Shown here piece after piece: positions 39,369 through 49,485 of a DNA stretch of 64,000 nucleotides. How positions within the stretch are numbered: position 1 is the first letter of the stretch; every line of letters starts with the position of its first letter. The notes under the pieces are model-generated. The model was not told where the DNA came from. It searched no databases and saw only the letters and a list, made by a program, of their open reading frames with translations. Source of the stretch: an uncultured Clostridia bacterium (GTDB taxonomy: Bacteria > Bacillota > Clostridia > UMGS1883); contig CAKSNY010000002.1 of NCBI GenBank assembly GCA_934476455.1, positions 10,689 through 74,688 of the forward strand, given 5' to 3'. The position numbers were made by a program, and so were the translations under genes.

Positions 39369-40796
39369 ATGAAGCTTAAAGAATTAACAGCCGCACTCGA
39401 ATGTGACATAGAAGGCAGCGGTGAAACGGAAATAAAGGGTATTGCGTATGATTCGCGCAAGGTAAAAGAGGGTTATCTTTTCGTCGCGATAAGCGGATTT
39501 GAAACAGACGGACACAAATATATAGACGCCGCGCAAAAGCTTGGCGCGGCGGCAGTGATAGGTGAAAAGGAAATTTCCTGCAAATGTCCGTATATAAGGG
39601 TGCCGTCCTCACGCAGGGCGCTGGCACTTGCGGCGGCGGCGTTTTACCGCCATCCGGAGCGCAGGCTTAAAATAATAGGCATTACGGGTACAAACGGAAA
39701 AACGACAACAACGTACCTTATAAGGCAGATACTAAACCTGAAGGGAATACGCTGCGACCTTATCGGCACAAACCAGATAATAATAGCGGATAACGCGCAG
39801 GACAGCGTACACACAACGCCCGAATCGCTTGAAATGTACGAAATATTTTCAAAAATTGTGCAAAGCGGGGGTGAGTATGTCGTTATGGAGGTGTCGAGCC
39901 ATTCTTTGGTGCTTGACAGAGTGTACGGCATAAACTTTGAAACCGCAGTGCTTACAAATATTACGCAGGACCATCTCGATTTTCATAAAACGATGGACAA
40001 TTACGCCCTTGCAAAAGCAAAGCTTTTTGAAATGAGCAAGTCCGCCGCAATAAACGAGGATTCTGCCTATGCGGACTTAATGAAAAAAAGCGCCGCAGGA
40101 AAGGTACTAACGTATTCCATAGATAAAAAATCGGACATACGCGCCGAAAATTTACGAATGAGCGAGCGCGGCGTTATATTCGATATAAACGATGAAAGAG
40201 GTTTGTGCGAAATGCGCCTGGGCATTCCCGGAAGATTTTCGGTTTACAATGCGCTTGCGGCAATCTGCGCGTGCAAAAACGTAGGCATTGATGACGAGGA
40301 TATAGAAAAAGGGCTTGTTTTGGCAAAGCCCGTAAAGGGAAGAATAGAGGTTTTACACACAAACACGCCGTACACCGTTATTATAGACTATGCGCATACG
40401 CCCGACGGACTGGAAAACATAATAAGCGCCGTTCGCGGATTTGCAAAGAAACGTGTTATAACGCTTTTCGGCTGCGGCGGAAACCGCGACGATAAAAAGC
40501 GCCCGAAAATGGGAAAAATCGCGGAGGATTTGTCCGACCTTGTAATAGTTACAAGCGATAACCCGCGTATGGAAAAGCCGATGGATATTATAAATGATAT
40601 TTTAAAGGGTATGAAAAAGGATAACCATATTGTAATAGAAAACAGGCGCGAGGCTATAGCCTACGCCACAAAAATTGCCGAGGACGGCGATATAGTAATC
40701 CTTGCGGGAAAAGGGCACGAAACATATCAGGAGATTGAGCACGTAAAGCACGATTTTGACGAACGCACCGTTATAAAGGAAATACTTGCAAAATAA
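39369..40796 (+). CDS. murE: UDP-N-acetylmuramoyl-L-alanyl-D-glutamate--2,6-diaminopimelate ligase
   Basis: GITGTNGKTTTT Walker motif, DNPR motif of DAP-adding MurE. Confidence 0.9.
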   Translation: MKLKELTAALECDIEGSGETEIKGIAYDSRKVKEGYLFVAISGFETDGHKYIDAAQKLGAAAVIGEKEISCKCPYIRVPSSRRALALAAAAFYRHPERRLKIIGITGTNGKTTTTYLIRQILNLKGIRCDLIGTNQIIIADNAQDSVHTTPESLEMYEIFSKIVQSGGEYVVMEVSSHSLVLDRVYGINFETAVLTNITQDHLDFHKTMDNYALAKAKLFEMSKSAAINEDSAYADLMKKSAAGKVLTYSIDKKSDIRAENLRMSERGVIFDINDERGLCEMRLGIPGRFSVYNALAAICACKNVGIDDEDIEKGLVLAKPVKGRIEVLHTNTPYTVIIDYAHTPDGLENIISAVRGFAKKRVITLFGCGGNRDDKKRPKMGKIAEDLSDLVIVTSDNPRMEKPMDIINDILKGMKKDNHIVIENRREAIAYATKIAEDGDIVILAGKGHETYQEIEHVKHDFDERTVIKEILAK

Positions 40797-40825
40797 GAAA
40801 ACGTGTACCGAAAGGATGAAGAAAA

Positions 40826-41764
40826 GTGTGGCTTAAAGCGCTTATAATAAGCTTTGCCGTTACGGCGGCTTTTGAACCGATACTTATTCCGTTTTTACAC
40901 AGGCTTAAATTCGGGCAGACAATATTGGAGGACGGTCCCGTATGGCATAAAAAAAAGCAGGGAACGCCGACAATGGGCGGAATAGGCTTTATATTGGCAG
41001 TAACCGTTGCGTCGATGTTTTTTCTGCGTGACGTGCACGACGCGATTATGCTTTTGTGCGGTGTGCTGTTCGGGCTTGTCGGCTTTTTTGACGATTACAT
41101 AAAGGTTATAAAAAAGCATAATCAGGGCTTTACCGCAAAGCAGAAATTTACGTTGCAAACAATTGTAAGCCTTTTGTATGCGATTTATATGTACCTTTTC
41201 GTGGGGCAAACAAAAACCCTTGTGCCTTTTTTGGGCGCAAGAATAGATTTGGGGCTTTTGTATGTGCCGTTTATAATGCTTGTGCTTTTGGCAACGACAA
41301 ACAGCGCAAATCTTACAGACGGGCTTGACGGGCTTGCCTCGGGCGTGGGGGCAACGGTGGCGTTGTTTTTCTGCGCAGCATGCACAAAAACGGGCTTTTT
41401 CGGCGCGGGCGTTGTATCGGCTGCGCTTTGCGGCGGTCTTTTGGGCTTTTTAATCTACAATGCGTACCCCGCAAAGGTGTTTATGGGCGACACCGGCAGC
41501 CTTTTTATAGGCGGCATTATCGCTGCCGTTGCCGTGCGTGCGGGGCTGGAGCTTTTTATAATAATAAGCGCATTTGTATTTTTGTTCGAGGCATTAAGCG
41601 TTATCATACAGGTAACGGTTTATAAAAAAACGAAAAAAAGGGTGTTTAAAATGGCACCCATACACCATCACTTTGAAAAATGCGGGTGGAAGGAAACAAA
41701 GGTCGTTTTGGTGTTTTGCATTGTTACGGCGCTTTTGTGCCTGCTTGGCTACGCGGCGCTTTAG
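40826..41764 (+). CDS. mraY: phospho-N-acetylmuramoyl-pentapeptide transferase
   Basis: NLTDGLDGLA and MGDTGSLFIGG motifs; GTG start. Confidence 0.9.
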   Translation: MWLKALIISFAVTAAFEPILIPFLHRLKFGQTILEDGPVWHKKKQGTPTMGGIGFILAVTVASMFFLRDVHDAIMLLCGVLFGLVGFFDDYIKVIKKHNQGFTAKQKFTLQTIVSLLYAIYMYLFVGQTKTLVPFLGARIDLGLLYVPFIMLVLLATTNSANLTDGLDGLASGVGATVALFFCAACTKTGFFGAGVVSAALCGGLLGFLIYNAYPAKVFMGDTGSLFIGGIIAAVAVRAGLELFIIISAFVFLFEALSVIIQVTVYKKTKKRVFKMAPIHHHFEKCGWKETKVVLVFCIVTALLCLLGYAAL

Positions 41765-41776
41765 AAAGGAGCATTT

Positions 41777-42895
41777 ATGGCAGACAGAAAAAAAAGCTAC
41801 GAAAGAAAAGGTCAGGTTGATTTTATATTGCTTATGGTTATAGTATGTCTGCTTTTGTTCGGGCTGATTATGCTTTTTTCGGCAAGCTCGCCGAAGGCGC
41901 TTCGCGAGGGCAATATATATTCAATTATAATAAAACAGGGCGGTATTTCGCTTTTGGGCTGCTTTTTAATGGCGGCAGCATCCGAGATTGATTATCACAG
42001 GTATAAAAAATACGCGCGTGTTATAATTATACTTACGGGTATTGTTATGTATGTTGTTCCTCTGTTCGGGTTTGCATCGCACGGGGCGCGGCGGCAGATT
42101 GCCGTGGGTCCTATCAGCTTTCAGCCGTCGGAGGTTGCAAAGTTTGCCCTTGTAATATATTATTCGGCGCGTCTTTCGGACAGAAAAACCTCTGACCTGA
42201 AAAATTTAAAAAACCTTGCAAAATATTTCGGAATTTTGGGCATTTATCTGCTTGCCTGCGTTTTGCAAAGCCATATGTCGGCGGCGGTTGTGCTTGCAAT
42301 AATAAGCGTAATGCTTTTATTTGCGGCGGGGCTGTCGGGTAAGCTTATGGGCACTGTTTTTGTTGTTATGCTGCCGCTCGCAACGTGGCTTGTTATGTCG
42401 GAGGAATACCGCCTTAACAGAATTAGGGCGCTGTTTCGCCCGTTTGATTACAGCCGCGATATAGGCTGGCAGATAATACAATCGCTTTATGCGGTTGGCT
42501 CGGGCGGGCTGTTCGGGCTTGGGCTTGGGCAGTCGCGCCAGAAATACCAATACCTGCCCGAGGCGCATAATGACTATATATACGCAATAGCGTGCGAGGA
42601 GCTGGGCTTTATCGGCGGAATAACGATAATTGCGCTGTTTGTGCTTTTCGTATGGCGCGGAATTTCAATAGCGCTTAACGCGCGCGACCGTTTCGGTATG
42701 CTGATGGCATTCGGCATTACGTCAATCGTAGGCGTGCAGATGCTTATAAATATCGGGGTTGTGCTGTCGGTGCTTCCATCTACGGGAATGCAGCTTCCGT
42801 TTTTCAGCGCGGGCGGTACATCAATGCTTATAATGCTTGCGGGAATGGGCGTGCTTTTAAACATTTCCAGAACAAGCAGAGTTAAAAAAATATAG
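41777..42895 (+). CDS. ftsW: SEDS-family peptidoglycan glycosyltransferase (FtsW/SpoVE)
   Basis: 10-TM SEDS protein; QPSE(V/F)AK and downstream conserved loop. Confidence 0.8.
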   Translation: MADRKKSYERKGQVDFILLMVIVCLLLFGLIMLFSASSPKALREGNIYSIIIKQGGISLLGCFLMAAASEIDYHRYKKYARVIIILTGIVMYVVPLFGFASHGARRQIAVGPISFQPSEVAKFALVIYYSARLSDRKTSDLKNLKNLAKYFGILGIYLLACVLQSHMSAAVVLAIISVMLLFAAGLSGKLMGTVFVVMLPLATWLVMSEEYRLNRIRALFRPFDYSRDIGWQIIQSLYAVGSGGLFGLGLGQSRQKYQYLPEAHNDYIYAIACEELGFIGGITIIALFVLFVWRGISIALNARDRFGMLMAFGITSIVGVQMLINIGVVLSVLPSTGMQLPFFSAGGTSMLIMLAGMGVLLNISRTSRVKKI

Positions 42896-42911
42896 CGAGG
42901 TAAAATAATAT

Positions 42912-44012
42912 ATGAAGGTACTTCTCACAGGGGGCGGTACGGCGGGGCATATAAACCCGGCGATTGCCGTTGCAAACTATATAAAGGAAAAAGAAAAAAA
43001 CGCACAATTTCTTTTTGTGGGAACAAAGCACGGGCTGGAGAAAGAGCTTGTCCCGAAAAGCGGGTACGATATAAAATATATCGACGTTATGGGGCTTAGG
43101 CGAAAGCTTACGGCAGAGAATATAGCTGTGTTTTTTAAATACATAAAAAGTATGGGCGACGCGGGAAAAATAATAAATTCCTTTAAGCCCGACATAGTGA
43201 TAGGAACGGGCGGCTATGTTTGTGCCCCCGTTATTAAAGCGGCGCACAGGAAAAAAATACCCACGCTTATTCACGAACAAAACGTTTTTCCCGGCCTTGC
43301 CGTAAAAATGCTTGCAAAGGATGCCGACGTTACGGCGGTAAGCTTTAAAGAAACAATGAATATGATACGCGCAAAAAAAATGATACTTACGGGAAACCCG
43401 CTGCGCCCCGATTTGTTTTTGCCGGTTGATAAAAAAGACATTGCACGCGGCTTCGGGTTTGACGATAAGCCCATTGCACTGATGTTCGGCGGGTCGCTCG
43501 GCTCGGCAAAAATGAACGACGCGCTTGTAGAGCTTTTGTCCCACGGGATAGAGCGCTGCAACCTGATTGCGGCAACCGGTGAAAGATATTACGACGAGGT
43601 AGCCGCCCGCCTTAAAAAGAGAGGGCTTAATGTTAAAGAACTTAATAATGCGGCTGTTTTGCCGTATATTTACAATATGGAAAAAATTTTCGGAGCTGCC
43701 GATATAATAATCGGTCGTGCAGGCGCTATAACGGTAAGTGAAATTACGGCAATGGGAAAGGCGGCAGTGCTTATACCAAGTCCGAATGTGGCACACAATC
43801 ACCAGGAATACAACGCGCGCTATCTTGAAAAGAACGGTGCCGCTGCGGTAATTTCCGAATCGGAATTAAGCGGCGAAAAGCTGCTTTTAAAAACGGCAGA
43901 AATACTAAAAAACGAAAACTCACTTGAAAAAATGCGTGCGGCGTCAAAGGCTCTCGGAATAAAAGATGCCTGCGAAACGATATATAAAACGATAAAGGGA
44001 CTTGTACGGTAA
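42912..44012 (+). CDS. murG: UDP-GlcNAc:undecaprenyl-PP-MurNAc-pentapeptide GlcNAc transferase
   Basis: MKVLLTGGGTAGHINPAIAVA N-terminus. Confidence 0.9.
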   Translation: MKVLLTGGGTAGHINPAIAVANYIKEKEKNAQFLFVGTKHGLEKELVPKSGYDIKYIDVMGLRRKLTAENIAVFFKYIKSMGDAGKIINSFKPDIVIGTGGYVCAPVIKAAHRKKIPTLIHEQNVFPGLAVKMLAKDADVTAVSFKETMNMIRAKKMILTGNPLRPDLFLPVDKKDIARGFGFDDKPIALMFGGSLGSAKMNDALVELLSHGIERCNLIAATGERYYDEVAARLKKRGLNVKELNNAAVLPYIYNMEKIFGAADIIIGRAGAITVSEITAMGKAAVLIPSPNVAHNHQEYNARYLEKNGAAAVISESELSGEKLLLKTAEILKNENSLEKMRAASKALGIKDACETIYKTIKGLVR

Positions 44013-44088
44013 GAATCGTTTATGGACAGTATAATCATTTATTTTCGAAAATTCGTATTTGTAACCGCCCGCACCCTATGGGCATAGT

Positions 44089-45390
44089 ATGTTATTAGAA
44101 AACATCGGAAACGGTGGCACAGCTTGTTTTGGGGGTGTGGTTTTGGGAAAATACATAATTAACGGCAGAAAAAAACTGTCGGGTACGGCGCGCGTTCACG
44201 GTGCAAAGAACGCTGTTTTGCCGATTATGGCGGCTACCGTGCTTTCGGGGGATATGTGCCGCATATACGATTGCCCGAACCTTAGCGACGTAAGACATAC
44301 AATGCGCATTTTAGAGATGCTGGGGTGCAGCGTTAGCCTTGAAAACTCTGTTCTTACGATAAATTCAGCTTCGCTTTGTTCCTCCGACATCCCGGAGGAG
44401 CTTATGAGTGAAATGCGCAGCTCGATAATATTTTTGGGCGCGCTTACGTCGGCAATGGGCAGGGCGTGTCTTTCGGCGCCCGGCGGCTGCGAGCTTGGAA
44501 ACAGACCCATAGATTTGCACATAAAGGCTCTGCGCGAAATGGGTATGACAATAAAAGAGGAAAACGGATACCTTCTTTCCGACGCCTCCCAAATGCACAG
44601 CGCGGATATTCATTTAAGCTTTCCGAGCGTCGGTGCAACGGAAAACATTATTCTTTCCGCCGTAAAGCTGAGCGGTATTACAACAATAAGCAATGCCGCC
44701 AAAGAGCCGGAAATAGTAGACCTGTGCGACTTTTTAAATACAATGGGTGCGGATATAACGGGCGCTGGAACACCGATTATAACAATACACGGCAGGGCGT
44801 ATCTGCACGGCACGGATTATAAAATAATTCCCGACAGAATTGCCGCAGCTACGCTGATGTGTGCGGCGATGACGACAAAAAGCGAAATAGAGCTTGAAAA
44901 CGTGCGCAGCGACCATCTTGATGCCGTTGTATACGCTCTTCGGGAGAGCGGCGCGCGGATAGAATTTTTCCGTGACAGAATGTACATAGCGCCGCCGCGG
45001 AAAATTCTTCCGGTAAGCATAATAAAAACACAGGTGTACCCGGGCTTTCCGACAGACGCGCAATCGGTTGCAATGGCGTACCTTTGCGGTGCGTGCGGAA
45101 CAAGCGTAATTGTTGAAAACCTGTTTGACAGCCGCTATAAAATAATCCCCGAGCTTATAAAAATGGGCGCGGATATTTTACAGGACGGCAGGGTATGCGT
45201 TGTAAAAGGCACACCCATACACGGCGCACACGTGCGTGCAATGGATTTGCGCGGCGGCGCGGCGCTTACGATTGCGGCGCTCGGCGCGGACGGGGAAAGC
45301 ACGGTAGAAAATGTTCACTATATAGAGCGCGGGTATGACGGCTTTCACAAAACGCTTGCGCTTTTGGGTGCAGATATAAAAAAGGTGTGA
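44089..45390 (+). CDS. murA: UDP-N-acetylglucosamine 1-carboxyvinyltransferase
   Basis: RVHGAKNAVLPIMAAT ... active-site Cys region LSAPGGCELGNRPIDLH; ATG 44089 lacks an RBS, TTG 44143 (after GGGGGTG) may be the true start. Confidence 0.85.
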   Translation: MLLENIGNGGTACFGGVVLGKYIINGRKKLSGTARVHGAKNAVLPIMAATVLSGDMCRIYDCPNLSDVRHTMRILEMLGCSVSLENSVLTINSASLCSSDIPEELMSEMRSSIIFLGALTSAMGRACLSAPGGCELGNRPIDLHIKALREMGMTIKEENGYLLSDASQMHSADIHLSFPSVGATENIILSAVKLSGITTISNAAKEPEIVDLCDFLNTMGADITGAGTPIITIHGRAYLHGTDYKIIPDRIAAATLMCAAMTTKSEIELENVRSDHLDAVVYALRESGARIEFFRDRMYIAPPRKILPVSIIKTQVYPGFPTDAQSVAMAYLCGACGTSVIVENLFDSRYKIIPELIKMGADILQDGRVCVVKGTPIHGAHVRAMDLRGGAALTIAALGADGESTVENVHYIERGYDGFHKTLALLGADIKKV

Positions 45391-45395
45391 GAAAA

Positions 45396-46160
45396 ATGGC
45401 ACAAAAGAGATTTGTTCTTAAAAGAAAACAAAAAAAGCAGGTCGCGGCGCTGTCTGTAATTATACTGGCGGCGGCGATTGCGGCAATTATTATGCTTACG
45501 CCTGCATTTAACATACAGAAAATAACGGTTATGGGAAATTCCGTGCTTGATAAAAAAGACATTATACAAAGCTCGGGAATAGTTACGGGTGTAAACATTT
45601 TCGGCATAAGCACAAGGGAAGCCGAAAAAAACATTGAAGAAATGGGCTATGTTGACGGTGCAAAGGTAAAGCGCCGTCTGCCGGGAACGGTTGAAATTAC
45701 CATAGAGGAGGCGGTAGGCGTTGCAAAGCTTTCCGCCAAGGACGGGTTTCTTATAATTACTGCCGACGGCAGAGCCGTGGAGCTTATAACCGATACAAAA
45801 AAACAAAAGGATAAACAAAACGATAAACAAAACGTTCCTGTTATAAAAGGACTGAAAAATGTTAAATATAAGATAGGCAAAAAGATTACATCGGATGACA
45901 CGGAAAAGCTTGACACCCTTTTTACCTGCCTGCGTGAGTTTTCAAAAAATTCGGTAATATTTAATATGACACAGATTGATATATCGCAAAGCTCCGCCGT
46001 TAAATTTTTATATAACGGCGGCAAGCTTACGGTAAACTGCGGCTCTGTGGAAAAGCTTGATTATAAAATGGAGTGCTTTGCACCCATTTTGGAGCAGATA
46101 GGCGACAATCCCGAAGGATATGTTGACCTTGAAAGGCTTATTTACCGCAGCAAACAATAA
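45396..46160 (+). CDS. ftsQ: cell division protein FtsQ/DivIB (POTRA domain)
   Basis: single N-terminal TM then POTRA (IQKITVMGNSVLDKKDI) ; position in dcw cluster. Confidence 0.6.
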   Translation: MAQKRFVLKRKQKKQVAALSVIILAAAIAAIIMLTPAFNIQKITVMGNSVLDKKDIIQSSGIVTGVNIFGISTREAEKNIEEMGYVDGAKVKRRLPGTVEITIEEAVGVAKLSAKDGFLIITADGRAVELITDTKKQKDKQNDKQNVPVIKGLKNVKYKIGKKITSDDTEKLDTLFTCLREFSKNSVIFNMTQIDISQSSAVKFLYNGGKLTVNCGSVEKLDYKMECFAPILEQIGDNPEGYVDLERLIYRSKQ

Positions 46161-46187
46161 TAATTTGTAAACAAATAAAAATTTTTC

Positions 46188-46216
46188 TTGAAAGTGCGCC
46201 CGTTTCGGTGTATTAT
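46188..46216 (+). promoter_or_regulatory. ftsZ-proximal promoter (-35 TTGAAA, 17 nt, -10 TATTAT)
   Basis: hexamers at 46188-46193 and 46211-46216. Confidence 0.45.
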
Positions 46217-46269
46217 ATAATATATATCTTTAGATTTATAATTATATTACACATAGAGGAGGATTTCCG

Positions 46270-47325
46270 ATGAGAATGGAATATGCTGACGAGCTGGGCG
46301 CAGCTCAGAAAATTAAAGTCGTGGGTGTCGGCGGCGGCGGAAACAACGCCGTAAACCGAATGGTTGAGGCAGGAATTAAGGGCGTGGAGTTCATCGCCAT
46401 AAATACCGATAAACAGGCGCTTACAAAGAGCCAGGCAAGCCAGAAAATACAAATAGGCGATAAGCTGACAAAGGGTCAGGGTGCAGGCGGCAAGGCGGAA
46501 ATCGGCAAAAAAGCGGCAGAGGAAAGCCGCGGCGAGATTGAGCAGGTTTTAAAGGATGCCGATATGGTATTTGTAACGGCAGGTATGGGCGGCGGCACAG
46601 GTACGGGCGCTGCACCTATCGTTGCGGGTATTGCAAAGGAGCTTGGCGTGCTTACCGTGTCTATAGTTACAAAGCCGTTCGGCTTTGAAGGACGCCGCCG
46701 TATGATTCAGGCGGAGGAAGGCATAGAGCAGCTTAAGGGCAATGTTGATACGCTTGTTGTTATTCCCAATGACAGGCTGCTTGACATCAGCAACAACAAG
46801 ACAAGCCTGATAGACGCCTTTAAGGACGCGGACGAGGTTTTGCGCCAGGGCGTGCAGGGTATTTCCGATTTGATTGTCGGCGCAGGTCTTATAAATGTAG
46901 ACTTTGCCGACGTTACCACCGTTATGAAAGACGCAGGGCTTGCGCATATGGGTATCGGCCGTGCAAGCGGCGAAAACCGTGCGGAGGAGGCTGCGCGTAT
47001 GGCAATAGAAAGCGCGCTTCTTGAAACAACGATTGACGGCGCTACGGGCGTTCTTATAAATATTATCGGCGGTGCTAACCTTAATCTTCACGAAACGAAC
47101 GCAGCAGCACAGCTTATCGGTGATTGTGTCGATGAAGACGCAAACGTTATTTTCGGTGCGGCAATTGACGAAAGCCTTGAGGATGACATTATAATAACCG
47201 TTATCGCAACAGGGTTGGACTCCTCCAAAAAAGAAAAAAAGGATGATGCCTTTTTCGGGAATATATCTGCTGCTGATGATGATTTAGACGTTCCCAGCTT
47301 TTTGCAGAAAAACAATTTTGATTGA
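46270..47325 (+). CDS. ftsZ: cell division GTPase FtsZ
   Basis: [23 protein letters not shown] tubulin signature; AGAGGAGG RBS. Confidence 0.95.
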   Translation: MRMEYADELGAAQKIKVVGVGGGGNNAVNRMVEAGIKGVEFIAINTDKQALTKSQASQKIQIGDKLTKGQGAGGKAEIGKKAAEESRGEIEQVLKDADMVFVTAGMGGGTGTGAAPIVAGIAKELGVLTVSIVTKPFGFEGRRRMIQAEEGIEQLKGNVDTLVVIPNDRLLDISNNKTSLIDAFKDADEVLRQGVQGISDLIVGAGLINVDFADVTTVMKDAGLAHMGIGRASGENRAEEAARMAIESALLETTIDGATGVLINIIGGANLNLHETNAAAQLIGDCVDEDANVIFGAAIDESLEDDIIITVIATGLDSSKKEKKDDAFFGNISAADDDLDVPSFLQKNNFD

Positions 47326-47342
47326 TAGGAGTTATGATTGAG

Positions 47343-47750
47343 ATGGAGTTTTTCGATAAGGTAAAAACCATTGCGTCCGACGCTTACGAAACAGCGGGAA
47401 AAAAAGGTAAGGAGCTTTATACGACGGCGAAAATAAGGCTTGAAATTGCCGAAAAGCAAAAGGACGTTAAAAACCTTTATAAGGAAATTGGGTTTGAGGC
47501 GTACAAGGCATACCGTGCCGAGGTTGACGTGTTGGAGCATATAACACCCAAATTTAAGCGTATAGACGCGCTTGAAGAGGAGATTGCGGCACTTCGCGAA
47601 AGGGCGGAAAGCATTAAAAACACCGAGGAGGCAGGTATTGACGATACTGTCCCCGACGCCCCCATAGAGGATGCAGAGCCCACAGAGGAAAGCGCACCGC
47701 AGCAGGACGACGAAGAAGCAGAAAGCGAGCCTATAGAGCCGATAGAATAA
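47343..47750 (+). CDS. hypothetical coiled-coil protein with acidic C-terminal tail, translationally coupled to ftsZ
   Basis: AGGAG RBS overlapping ftsZ stop; predicted helical N-terminus, DDTVPDAPIEDAEPTEESAPQQDDEEAESEPIE tail. Confidence 0.45.
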   Translation: MEFFDKVKTIASDAYETAGKKGKELYTTAKIRLEIAEKQKDVKNLYKEIGFEAYKAYRAEVDVLEHITPKFKRIDALEEEIAALRERAESIKNTEEAGIDDTVPDAPIEDAEPTEESAPQQDDEEAESEPIEPIE

Positions 47751-47777
47751 TAAGGGCATTAAAACCAAAATTTAAAA

Positions 47778-47820
47778 GGAGCGGTTTAACGTCAATTGAC
47801 GTTAAACCGCTCCTTCATTT
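47778..47820 (+). terminator. intrinsic terminator (perfect 16-bp stem)
   Basis: ggagcggtttaacgtc-aatt-gacgttaaaccgctcc followed by ttcatttt. Confidence 0.6.
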
Positions 47821-47822
47821 TA

Positions 47823-47923
47823 GGGGATAGGGAAAAAAGCTACGGAACGGACAAATTTCAGGGATAGTGCAATAGAACTCAATATACCTTTTTGCGGTCC
47901 GGACTTTTTTACAGCCCCTTTTT
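47823..47923 (+). repeat. multi-copy intergenic repeat element, copy B (compact ~100-nt form)
   Basis: ggggatagggaaaaaagctacggaacggacaaatttcaggg...cctttttgcggtccggacttttttacagcccctttttat; 3' end supplies the last codons and stop of the convergent gene 47909-48595. Confidence 0.6.
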
Positions 47924-48595
47924 ATAATGCTCCTGCCAGTACAGGTTATCTATTTCCCACATTTTATTATTTAAATGAAGGAAAGAAAACATTTTGTAAA
48001 GAAACTGTACTTTCAGCGACGGCTTCGGGTTTTTTGCGTTTCTGCAAATTTTTGCCGCCGTTTTTTCAAGCTTCTTTTTAAAAGTTTTTTTAAATTTATC
48101 GGGCATATCACTCCAAAAATATTGCCATACGGGCTGTGTAACAATGTGCGTTTTTGCAATGCCCCAATAGTCTAAGCTGTCTTTAATATCGCGTGCGGCT
48201 TTTTTCAGCCCGCCGCCGCCCGCAGTTGCTATAACTGCGGCCTGCTTGTTTATCATATCAAAATCCGGGCGGTGAACAAGCCATCTGTAGCCGTAATGGT
48301 CCAGAAAGGTTTTTATTTGCCCCGGCGCGTGATAGCACCAAACGGGGCAGCAAAAAATAATAAGCTGTGACTGAAAAAACGCCTCGTTTATCGGTTTTAG
48401 ATATTCATAGCCTCCGCACTTGTCCTCGCTGCCGTGCATACAGGCATAGCACCCGCGGCATATGTGGGGCATATCGCGCGGAAGGGTAAACTCGAAAACA
48501 TTGTTTACATTTTTAAGCTTTGATATAAGGTATTTTGCGCCGTTGTATGTACTGCTGTTTTTTCTGTCCGTTGCTTTAATAATTGTAATGTTCAT
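47909..48595 (-). CDS. flavodoxin-like fold NAD(P)H-dependent FMN reductase family protein
   Basis: 228 aa; flavodoxin-like N-terminus (MNITIIKATDRKNSSTY), CxxC...C cluster (CRGCYACMHGSEDKC). Confidence 0.5.
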   Translation of the reverse strand: MNITIIKATDRKNSSTYNGAKYLISKLKNVNNVFEFTLPRDMPHICRGCYACMHGSEDKCGGYEYLKPINEAFFQSQLIIFCCPVWCYHAPGQIKTFLDHYGYRWLVHRPDFDMINKQAAVIATAGGGGLKKAARDIKDSLDYWGIAKTHIVTQPVWQYFWSDMPDKFKKTFKKKLEKTAAKICRNAKNPKPSLKVQFLYKMFSFLHLNNKMWEIDNLYWQEHYKKGL

Positions 48596-48657
48596 AATAT
48601 CACTCGCCGCCTGACTAACGTTTGTCAGCTAAATTATATCGCGCCCGCTTTTTCTTG

Positions 48658-49485
48658 TCAATACTTCGTCGGCTGCAAAATATCTGCACTGTGCATATTT
48701 CGGTACGATGCGGGGGTTGTGCCCGTGTGCTTCTTAAATCTGTGCGAAAAGTAGCTGTGGTCAGAAAAACCGCAGCGCTGCGCAATTTCCGAAATACCCG
48801 TGTTCGTTTCCGAAAGAAGCTGTATGGCATTAAAAATGCGTTCCTTTTCCACATATTCAAGCGGGGTTATGCCCGTGACCTCTTTAAAAATATGGCAAAA
48901 CCGCCCAACGCTTAAATTAACCGTTTGAGAAAGCCTTTCTGCGGACAAGTTTTCAGAAAGATTGTCTTTTACATAATACATTGCTTTTGTTACGGCGGTG
49001 CAGGATGTACTGCGCCCTTTTTTCGCTCTTTCGGATATTCCGTGGCGCATATATTTTTTCAGCAAAACGGCTAAAAGCGCATATATGTCGGAGGCATACA
49101 AAAATTCCAAAAAGCTTTTCTCCGAAAAGGCGGCTTTTATATCTTCAAAAATACGGTGTATTTTTTCATCGTTTTCTATGTAATTTTCAAAAGCAACGCC
49201 GCAGTAACTGCCCAAAATATCGGCGTCTGCGGTTATACAGCAAACCTCTGCCGCACCGAAATTTTCGCACGCGTGCACCTCGGCGGAATTGGCAATAACC
49301 AAGCCGCCGCTTTTTACGTTAAAAAAGGTATCGCGGCAGCTGTATACACAGCCGTCCGTTTTGTAAAAATACATCAGCTCTAACTGTGTATGCCAGTGTG
49401 CATACATTTTTTCGGGCTTACGTGATATTTGTACCTTAAACGGAAAGTGCGGGTTATACACGTGCTTTTCCTCGTAACAGTTCAT
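48658..49485 (-). CDS. AraC-family transcriptional regulator (cupin + HTH)
   Basis: C-terminal AraC HTH (GISEIAQRCGFSDHSYFSHRFKKHTG). Confidence 0.8.
   Translation of the reverse strand: MNCYEEKHVYNPHFPFKVQISRKPEKMYAHWHTQLELMYFYKTDGCVYSCRDTFFNVKSGGLVIANSAEVHACENFGAAEVCCITADADILGSYCGVAFENYIENDEKIHRIFEDIKAAFSEKSFLEFLYASDIYALLAVLLKKYMRHGISERAKKGRSTSCTAVTKAMYYVKDNLSENLSAERLSQTVNLSVGRFCHIFKEVTGITPLEYVEKERIFNAIQLLSETNTGISEIAQRCGFSDHSYFSHRFKKHTGTTPASYRNMHSADILQPTKY

Noticed and set aside
42882-43802. 306-aa ORF on the minus strand
   Set aside because: Antisense to murG, with biased composition and no recognisable motifs, so it is a shadow ORF.
47088-47768. 226-aa ORF on the minus strand
   Set aside because: Antisense to ftsZ 3' end and the coupled coiled-coil gene; the forward genes have RBSs and conserved motifs.
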